Source: Cyanobacteria bacterium J06626_4
Lineage (GTDB): Bacteria > Cyanobacteriota > Cyanobacteriia > Phormidesmidales > Phormidesmidaceae
Direction: 5' to 3'
DNA length: 64,000 nucleotides
NCBI GenBank assembly: GCA_038523235.1
Contig: JBCBJQ010000024.1
Coordinates: forward strand, 1 to 64,000
Numbering within the stretch: the stretch's first letter is position 1; each line of letters opens with the position of its first letter. The translations under genes were made by a program, and so were the position numbers. Positions 46,660 to 54,300 of the stretch are shown here, one piece after another. Below the pieces are notes generated by a model. The model was not told the DNA's origin, made no database searches, and saw only the letters and a program-made list of their open reading frames with translations.

Positions 46660-46994
46660 TGGCAGTGATTCAGTTTCAGGCTGATGCCGACCTAAATCAA
46701 GTAATCGTGACGGGAACTATCCACCGTCAGCCCGCGACTGAAGCAGGTTTGGCAGGATTGAGAGATGCCGAAGTATTGGCTCGATCAGCAAAGCAGCAGC
46801 GCATTTTGGTCACTCATGATCGAAGAACAATGCCGACTGAGTTTGCCGAATTCATCGCGAATAGCCAAAGCTCAGGTGTGCTGATTGTGTCTAGAAAAAC
46901 CGCTTTGGAAATTGTCATTGAAGAATTGATCTTAATCTGGTCGGTCACGACAGCAGCAGAATGGATTGACCGGATTGCCAAAATCCCCCTATAA
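46659..46994 (+). CDS. DUF5615 PIN-like protein (putative toxin)
   Basis: FQADADL, GL.D.EVL, RILVTHDRRTM; TAATG overlap with the DUF433 gene. Confidence 0.82.
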   Translation: MAVIQFQADADLNQVIVTGTIHRQPATEAGLAGLRDAEVLARSAKQQRILVTHDRRTMPTEFAEFIANSQSSGVLIVSRKTALEIVIEELILIWSVTTAAEWIDRIAKIPL

Positions 46995-47010
46995 AGCCAG
47001 TTTTAGATGC

Positions 47011-48285
47011 CTACTGCACAACCCTGATTACCTTGCCCTGTAGGGATTGGTTGAGGAAGGGCGTATTGCGGGCGGGCGATCGCAGCGTGGCCGTCTCTGC
47101 CCGCCACGTCTGAGCCGGGTCAAACAAAAAGGCTTCGGCAGGCTGATCTACCGCGATGGTGGGCGGGGGCATGCCTAAACAGTGGGCGGGGCCGCAGCTC
47201 ATGGCCTGTAGCAGTTCCAGCGGGGTCCAGTCATGGGTGGTGACGAATCGTTGCCAGAGCACCGGTAGCGCCAGCTCTAACCCCATCGCCCCCGGCGGCG
47301 CATCGCCAAAGGCCACTGTTTTTTCTTCATAGGTGTAGGGGCTGTGGTCGATCGCGATCGCGCTCAGCACGCCGAATTTCACCCCGGCAATCAGCGCCGC
47401 CTGATCCGCCGGATTCCCCAGCGGTGGCTCCAACCGCAGATTGGGGTCATAGCTCAGCGCATCGGCGGTGGAAAACAGTAGATGCATCCAGGTGGTGCTG
47501 GCGGTAACGGGCAGTCCCGACGCCTGAGCTGCCTGTACCAACTCCACACTGCGCGCGGTCGATAGGCGCATCAGGTGAACGGGGGTGCCAATTTCGCGCA
47601 CCAGCTCTAGCACCGTGGTCAGCGCGGCGGTTTCAGCGGCGACCAGCGTGCCCGGCAGGCCGCCCATTTGTGCTAAGGAACCCTCGCGGGCAATACCGTT
47701 ACCTGCCAGCGCGCGATCGCAGGGCCAGAGGGCAATCGGGCGCTGTAGGGGATGGGCATATTCCAGCAGGCGGCGCAGCAGGACAGGATTGCTCAGCGGT
47801 TGACCATCGGCAAACCCTGCTAGGGCCAAGTCTGCCGTCCCGGCGATCGCCGCCAGTTCGGTCATGTGCTCGCCTTGCGCGCCGAGGGTCAGCGCCGCCC
47901 AGGGCAGCAGTGTGGGTCGCGGGTTTACCCCAGACGCCGCCGCCAAACTCAGCAAATGGCGAATCGCGGCGGGCTGATCTAACGGCGGGTCGGTATTGGG
48001 CAAAATGCCAAGGCGCGTCACCCCACCCGCGCTCGCCCCCGCCAGCAAATCTGCCAGGGTTTCACGGGGTTCGTTGCCCGGTTCACTACTGTGGCTATAC
48101 AGATCGACCAGACCCGGCGCGAGAATTTTGCCGGTGCCGTCGATGATTTCTACTTCACTGTCGGGGCGATCAAGGTGGGGAGCAATGGCCCGAAACCGGC
48201 CCGCCTCGATCCATACATCGGCAATCTGATCGGTCTGCGTCGCGGGGGCGATCACCCGCACCTGCTGCAGTAAGGTGCCTGTCAT
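47011..48285 (-). CDS. pyrC: dihydroorotase-like protein (cyanobacterial type)
   Basis: PGLVDLYSHS.EPG.E.RETL, LPNT.PPLD, PVHLMRLST, PPLG, AIDHSP....EK. Confidence 0.85.
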   Translation of the reverse strand: MTGTLLQQVRVIAPATQTDQIADVWIEAGRFRAIAPHLDRPDSEVEIIDGTGKILAPGLVDLYSHSSEPGNEPRETLADLLAGASAGGVTRLGILPNTDPPLDQPAAIRHLLSLAAASGVNPRPTLLPWAALTLGAQGEHMTELAAIAGTADLALAGFADGQPLSNPVLLRRLLEYAHPLQRPIALWPCDRALAGNGIAREGSLAQMGGLPGTLVAAETAALTTVLELVREIGTPVHLMRLSTARSVELVQAAQASGLPVTASTTWMHLLFSTADALSYDPNLRLEPPLGNPADQAALIAGVKFGVLSAIAIDHSPYTYEEKTVAFGDAPPGAMGLELALPVLWQRFVTTHDWTPLELLQAMSCGPAHCLGMPPPTIAVDQPAEAFLFDPAQTWRAETATLRSPARNTPFLNQSLQGKVIRVVQ

Positions 48286-48341
48286 GCTTTCTGCCTACCC
48301 GACAGACACCGCATCTCCAGGCGGTTCTGGCCTGCCCCCAT

Positions 48342-49697
48342 TTAGAGCGCCCCCGCAGCCGTTTGATCAAACACGCTGCCCGAGAGGTGAATGGTGATAT
48401 TCGCTGCCGTCAGCACTGGCGAACTCTCTACCCCAGCAGGATAGTCAATCACGCTCACGGCGCCATTGCCCTGCTTAAACTGCCAAAACGACGCTGGCCC
48501 TAACCCCATCACATGGCAGAGAATGGCTTTGTTGACGGCGTCGTGAGCGGAGACCAGCACTGTCACGGGCTGATCAGTGCCGCTGTATTGCGCGACGATG
48601 TCGTTCCAAGCGGCGATCGCCCGCGCCCACACCTGCTGTAAGTTTTCGCCGCCATCGCCGGGCATATCCACCGTTTCGGGGTGGGCTTGCCACTGCTGCA
48701 ACATGCCGGGATAGCCCGACTCGATCTCGTTTTCGTAGAGCCCTTCCCATTCGCCGTGGCCGATTTCCTTGAGGCCATCGGTGGTGTTAAGCGTGACGTC
48801 AGGATGGTGCTGCAAAATCAGCTCTGCCGTTTCCTTCGGACGCGAGAGCGAGCTGCTCACCGCCGCATCGATTTTCACGTCTTTCAAAAATTCTGCCGCC
48901 TGTTTTCCCTGGTTCCGACCATTCTCATTGAGGGGAATGTCGATCTGCCCTTGAAAGCGCTTTTGGCGGTTCCATTCGGTTTCACCGTGACGCACGAGCA
49001 GCAGGCGGGGGCCGTGGTAGCGCGATCGCCGCGCTGGCACGGCTTCGCCCATATGACTGGTCAGGTTCATCGACTCTAGCTGCACCCCCTGCCCCCACTC
49101 ACCGGCAAAGTTCAGCAGGCTAATGGCGCAGTTGGCCTGACCCAGTTGCTCGTGAATTTCTGGCCCTTTGCCCAAGGCGGTGGCGATCAAGGCGCGATTG
49201 ATGGCGCTGTGCCCGACGATGAGCAGCGTTTGGCCCGGATGCTGCGGCAAAATCGTTTGCCAAAACTGCGTCGCGCGATCGTAGAGCGATCGCACCGGAT
49301 AAAACTCTGTGCCGTCGGCTAGAGGCATCTTGCAGTTGAGCGGATCGTAGTGCCAGGCGTGATAAATCTCAGGATATTGGGCCTCGGCCTCAGCAAACGA
49401 GAGCCCTTCCCACAGCGGCAAATTGATTTCTTTGATCATCGGCGTGGGGGCGGGGGCGGGGGTCTCGGGTAGTTCTTTTTGCAGCACGTCGACAATGGTG
49501 GACGCCGTTTTGAAGGCGCGCTTGAGCGGGCTGGCATACACGTGGTCAAAGGCAATGCCGCGCAGCGTTTCGCCCACGCGCTGGGCTTGGGCCACTCCCA
49601 TCTCCGTCAGTTCAGACACATCGATTTGCCCTTGAATCAGCTTTTTAACGTTGTAAGTGCTCTGACCATGCCTGACCAAGATGACGCGCGTTTTCAA
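48342..49697 (-). CDS. histidine phosphatase family protein with two phosphoglycerate-mutase-like domains
   Basis: Two RHG motifs (VRHGQS, VRHGETEWN), each followed by SxLxR and a later H. Confidence 0.92.
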   Translation of the reverse strand: MKTRVILVRHGQSTYNVKKLIQGQIDVSELTEMGVAQAQRVGETLRGIAFDHVYASPLKRAFKTASTIVDVLQKELPETPAPAPTPMIKEINLPLWEGLSFAEAEAQYPEIYHAWHYDPLNCKMPLADGTEFYPVRSLYDRATQFWQTILPQHPGQTLLIVGHSAINRALIATALGKGPEIHEQLGQANCAISLLNFAGEWGQGVQLESMNLTSHMGEAVPARRSRYHGPRLLLVRHGETEWNRQKRFQGQIDIPLNENGRNQGKQAAEFLKDVKIDAAVSSSLSRPKETAELILQHHPDVTLNTTDGLKEIGHGEWEGLYENEIESGYPGMLQQWQAHPETVDMPGDGGENLQQVWARAIAAWNDIVAQYSGTDQPVTVLVSAHDAVNKAILCHVMGLGPASFWQFKQGNGAVSVIDYPAGVESSPVLTAANITIHLSGSVFDQTAAGAL

Positions 49698-50010
49698 GGT
49701 GTTTCCCTCTCCCTGCGTAAAACCAGTCCGATTCTACCCCGAGGCGGTTTATCCCCATGAGGACTTATGCATGGCTCCCTGGCATCCCCGAATACCCGTT
49801 CTCAGTGATCGAACCCGATGCAATCTTGGCAATGCCGGGGAGCCGAGGGGCAGGGGAGACAGATCTGTAGCCTGGTTTTAGAGAATCCGCATAACTTTGG
49901 GGATGTTGTAACCGGTTTCTGCAGAATTGGGGGCGAGGGGTGCGATCTGAGGATGGCCCTTGGCGGTTAACGGCTTGCCGCTGCTAGATTTGTGGCGATA
50001 ACGGTGGGAA

Positions 50011-51069
50011 ATGGTCATGGCGAATGAAGAACAGGTCGCTTTGCTCAGGCAAGGGGCTGAGGTTTGGAATCAGTGGAGAAGAGATAATCCAAATGAGGCG
50101 ATCGACCTCATCGATGTCGACCTCAGCGGTGCCGACCTCATCGATGTCGACCTCAGTGGGGCCGACTTCAGTGATGCCGACCTCAGCTTTGCCGACCTCA
50201 GCGGTGCCGACCTCAGCTTTGCCAACCTCAGCTTTGCCAACCTCATCGATGTCGACTTCAGTGATGCCGACTTCAGTGATGCCGACCTCAGCTTTGCCAA
50301 CCTCAGCTTTGCCAACCTCAGCTTTGCCAACCTCAGCTTTGCCAACCTCAGTGGGGCCGACCTCAGTGATGCCGACCTCAGCAGTGCCATCCTTGGCGAA
50401 ACAGTATTCGCTGACGTTGACTTGAGTCAGGTTAAAGAACTGCCTGCCTGCCGCCATAATGGGCCTAGCACCCTTGATCATCGAACGTTATCCCGCTCGG
50501 GTCAGCTGCCCGAATCGTTTCTGCGGGGCGTGGGTTTACCCGATACCTTCATTGACTACATCCCCTCACTGTTTAATCAGCCGCTCCAGTTCTACTCCTG
50601 CTTCATCAGCTACTCCCACCAGGACGAGGCGTTTGCCAAACGACTGCATGCTGACTTGCAAGACAAGGGGGTGCGTTGTTGGTACGCCCCGGAAGACTTG
50701 CCCATTGGCGAAAAAATTCGCGTCGGCATCGACCAAGCCATTCGCAAGCATGACAAGCTGCTGCTCATCCTCTCGGAGCACTCGGTCAATAGTCAGTGGG
50801 TCGAAAGCGAAGTGGAATCAGCGCTGGAAAAAGAGCGGGAGAGCAACAAGCTGGTGCTGTTTCCCGTCCGCATTGATGACACCGTGATGCAGAATCGGGA
50901 CGGGTGGCCGCGAGCAATCAAGAACACTCGCAATATCGGCAATTTCTGCAACTGGAAAGACTATGACGCTTACCAGCAGGTGTTTGAGCGGTTAGTCAGA
51001 GACTTGAAGACATCACTTAAAGAGAAGGACGATGAGACCCCGTTACAGAAACCCGGTTTCTCGGGCTGA
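50011..51069 (+). CDS. pentapeptide repeat - TIR domain protein
   Basis: About 19 A(D/N)LSx repeats, then YSCFISYSHQD..FA.RL..DL...GVRCW, LSEHSV.SQWVESEV. Confidence 0.92.
   Translation: MVMANEEQVALLRQGAEVWNQWRRDNPNEAIDLIDVDLSGADLIDVDLSGADFSDADLSFADLSGADLSFANLSFANLIDVDFSDADFSDADLSFANLSFANLSFANLSFANLSGADLSDADLSSAILGETVFADVDLSQVKELPACRHNGPSTLDHRTLSRSGQLPESFLRGVGLPDTFIDYIPSLFNQPLQFYSCFISYSHQDEAFAKRLHADLQDKGVRCWYAPEDLPIGEKIRVGIDQAIRKHDKLLLILSEHSVNSQWVESEVESALEKERESNKLVLFPVRIDDTVMQNRDGWPRAIKNTRNIGNFCNWKDYDAYQQVFERLVRDLKTSLKEKDDETPLQKPGFSG
50101..50390 (+). repeat. 15-bp coding tandem repeat (pentapeptide array)
   Basis: Unit gcc(a/g)acctcagnnnt; three identical gccaacctcagcttt copies at 50296-50340. 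Confidence 0.9.
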
Positions 51070-51114
51070 CAGAGTCTGATTCCGTCGTTGATTGAGACAA
51101 GAAACCGGGTTTCT
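51047..51114. repeat. paired palindromic dispersed repeat
   Basis: AGAAACCCGGTTTCT (51047-51061) and its reverse complement AGAAACCGGGTTTCT (51100-51114). Confidence 0.75.
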
Positions 51115-51170
51115 CGCCATACTGAACCGATGCTCTAATATCAATTCTCTGAGACTGGACTACAGATCTT

Positions 51171-51216
51171 CCTTTTGACTCCGCTCAAGGAACGTCGGCT
51201 GAGCGGAGTCGAAGCC
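51171..51216. repeat. REP-like inverted doublet
   Basis: ccttttGACTCCGCTCAagg ... ggcTGAGCGGAGTCgaagcc. Confidence 0.65.
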
Positions 51217-51335
51217 GATTTGTATGTGTAGCGCTGTCATGCAGAACTGGTGTAACTCCTTTCAGGTGCGGAACAACAAAAGGGCGGCCTAAGCGGGGCT
51301 TGCCCTGAGCTTGTGACATCAATCGCCAGGGCTGT

Positions 51336-54300
51336 TTATGGGGCGCTGCCGACCTGCACAAAGGCCGCCCAAAGGGCCGGATCGTCGGGATAGGTAGAGA
51401 TCGCTGAGAGCATGGCCTCACGTAGAGCCTGGGGCGTATTGCCCTGTTTTAGCCGCTCGGTGTGAAAGTCGATCATCAAGTCGGCGGTTTGCTGATCGGG
51501 CACTTGCCAGAGGGAGACCACCACTTGAGGCACCCCGGCAGCCATGAACGATCGCGATAGACCAATCACCCCATCGCCGGTAATGCGACCCCGACCCGTG
51601 TCGCAGGCACTCAAAATCGCCAAACTGGCCTGCAGCGGCTGCTCCAGAATTTCGGCGGCGGTGAGGAAGCCATCATTTTGGGCATCGGGAGCCAGCGCCA
51701 GCGCCCCCTGCAGCGGCTGCGTGCTGTTGAATTCACCGTGGGTGGCGAGGTGAATGATATCGGCTTCAGCTAAGGCGGCTTTGACTTCTGCTTCGGTGGC
51801 ATCGCCGCGTAACAACGGCGTCGCTGAGAGCAGATCCGCCACGGTAGCGGCCTCCGTTTCGGCATTGGGCAGGGGCACAAAGCTGCCAGGCATGGGGGTG
51901 GGGTTGCCGACGATAAGGGCATTTGTGGCGGCAGGGTTGGGGGGCGCGGCGTGATTACTTGTCAGCTCTAGCACCTGAATTGACGGCGTGATTGCCACGG
52001 TGTGCTGCTCAATCAGATAGGTGCCCTGCTCGTCTTGCAGGGCGGCAAACGGCACGAGAAAGAGGTGTTCTTGCGGGACGAAGATGACGAGATCGTTGGG
52101 GTCAGTGGGCAACAGTTCCGCGATGGGGGCAATCAGCAGGTCATGCAGCTGTTGCAGCGGCGGCTGGGCGATCGCGCCCGCCGTGGGCTCAACCCGCGAG
52201 AGTTCACTGACTGGCAATGCTGGATCGGGCAGGACGAAGTCAGGATGACTCACGGTGACGGTCTGCCCGTCGGGAGAGACGCTGACCACCTGGTATGGGG
52301 GCAGGTCGGCGAGGTCGCCTTCGCGCCGGACAAAATCGCCGGGTTGCAGGGGGCGATCGGACAAGTCGGGGACGCTGGGCACCACCCGCAGACCCCGACT
52401 CGCCGCCACCAGGGACGGATCACGACCGGTGAGCGCAGTGCGGGTCTCGACCACGAGATCGGCAACGGTGCTGGCCGAGACAGCGGTGGGCAAACTGACT
52501 GAGCGAAACTGCACTGCGCCATCCGGCGACACCACCCAAATATAGAGCTGGGCATCTCGCGGCTCGACCGGATTTTGCACCGACGCGGCGTGGGGTGGGT
52601 CAGCCACCTGGTCGCGAATGATGGCATATTCCACCAGGGTGGCGTTTTGGGTGGCGGCGATTTGCTGCAGTCGGGCCAGACTGGGGGGCGACACCGGTCC
52701 AGCGGCACTGGCTGACCCCTGGCCGCGGGCTAGCAGTTCCACAAAGGCGCGGGCACGACTGCGTTCTGATACTTCGAGGGCGATGGTCGATTTGTCTTGG
52801 TTGACCAGTGCTTCTTGCAAGTTGTTGTAGGCGGCCAGCTGAGTTTCAAAAATGGAGATTTTGAAGGCATCATTAGTCCCCAAACCGGCGCGCAGCGATT
52901 CCCACAGCTCGATCGCGGTGAAGAGGGTCTGCTCGGCTTCGGTCAATCGATTCAGATACAGCAGCGCGTTCCCCACATTTGTCAGGGCGACCCCCTCGCC
53001 GAGCCGGGAGCCGAGCTGCTGGGCGATCGCCCGCGCTTCCTGACTGTAGCGATAGGCCTGGTCGTAATTTTGTTGGTAGGCGTACACCGTGCTGAGCCCG
53101 AGCAAAATTTGAGCGGCCTCTAGGGGCTCTGCCAACGTTGTCGCCAGGGCTAGCCCTTGCTCATGGTGGGCGATCGCCTCCGCAAAGCGCCCCTGAATGG
53201 CTCGCGTTGAGCCGAGATTGCCGTAAGCCTGCATTTCGCCGTAGCGATCGCCCGCACCCCGCGCAATATCGAGGCTGGTGAGCTGGTGCTGGGCGGCTTG
53301 TTCGTAGTTCTTGGCGGCAAAGTAGGCGTTGCCGAGGTTGCGATAGGTCAGCGCCTTCCATTGCGGCGCGGTCTCAATGGGCAGGCGGCTGAGGCTGCGC
53401 TCATAGAAGTCAATAGCGGTGGCGTAATCGCCGAGGGCTGCATAGGTGGCCCCTAGCCCTCCCAGCGCAATCCCTTCTTGAGTCGCATCCCTCAGGGCGA
53501 TCGCCTGATCGAGCTGCTGTTGATGCAAGTCCAACGCGGTGAGATAGTCGCCAATGACAAAGTGCGAAATCGCCAGATTGTTGAGGGAATAGGCAATCCA
53601 GCGAGTATCGCCTTGGGCGGTAGCCGTCGCCAGGTTAGCTTCGTAGCAGTCGATCAGGGCTTCATAAAGGGCCTCGGAGCGATCGCGAGCGGCAGTGTTC
53701 TCGACACTTTCAACCGTGGCCTGGCAGTTGCGCAGGCCGGTATTGGCCTCGGAGTCGGCTGCTGATTCGGCTGCCGGTGAGGTGATGCCGTCTTCCTCAA
53801 TGGAGCCAGTGGTGGCATCACCGGAGGTCGTTTCTCCGTCGGTGGCAGGGTTGCCGCTATCTGTCTCTGGGGTGGGCGTGGCGGGCTCAGTCTCGTCAGT
53901 CAACAGCGAACTGCCAGCATCGGGCTCCCCTTCAACTGCGGAGCCGTTGTCACCGGCGTCGGGCACTGGCAAGTCGTCCTCACCCCCGCCCTCGTCACCG
54001 CCCTCACCGGTTTCGCCCTCGTCGCCCGGTTCCTGAAGCTGACTCAGATTGACGCCCCCGCCGGGTTGCGGCAGCGCTTGGTTTTCCCGTGGCTCTGTGG
54101 CAATGTCCAAACTTGGCACGTTGGCAGCGGGAGCATTCGCGGCGCTCGGGGGAAAGATGCCATCCTCATCGGCGCTGATCGCGATCGCGGCCCCAATCAA
54201 CAAGCTGGGTTCGGGCAGCACCATGCCGAGTACGCTGAGTTCCTCTAACTGCGGCGACTGGGCCAGCGACAGGCTCTGGATAAACGTTTGCTCCGTTGGC

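Noticed and set aside
50101..50390. Possible CRISPR array
   Set aside because: Contiguous 15-bp units with no unique spacers, in frame within a CDS, and no cas genes
49984..50481. Repetitive alternative ORFs (EVGKA, PTSAL, LRLAK repeats)
   Set aside because: Other-frame shadows of the 15-bp pentapeptide repeat, which lacks stop codons
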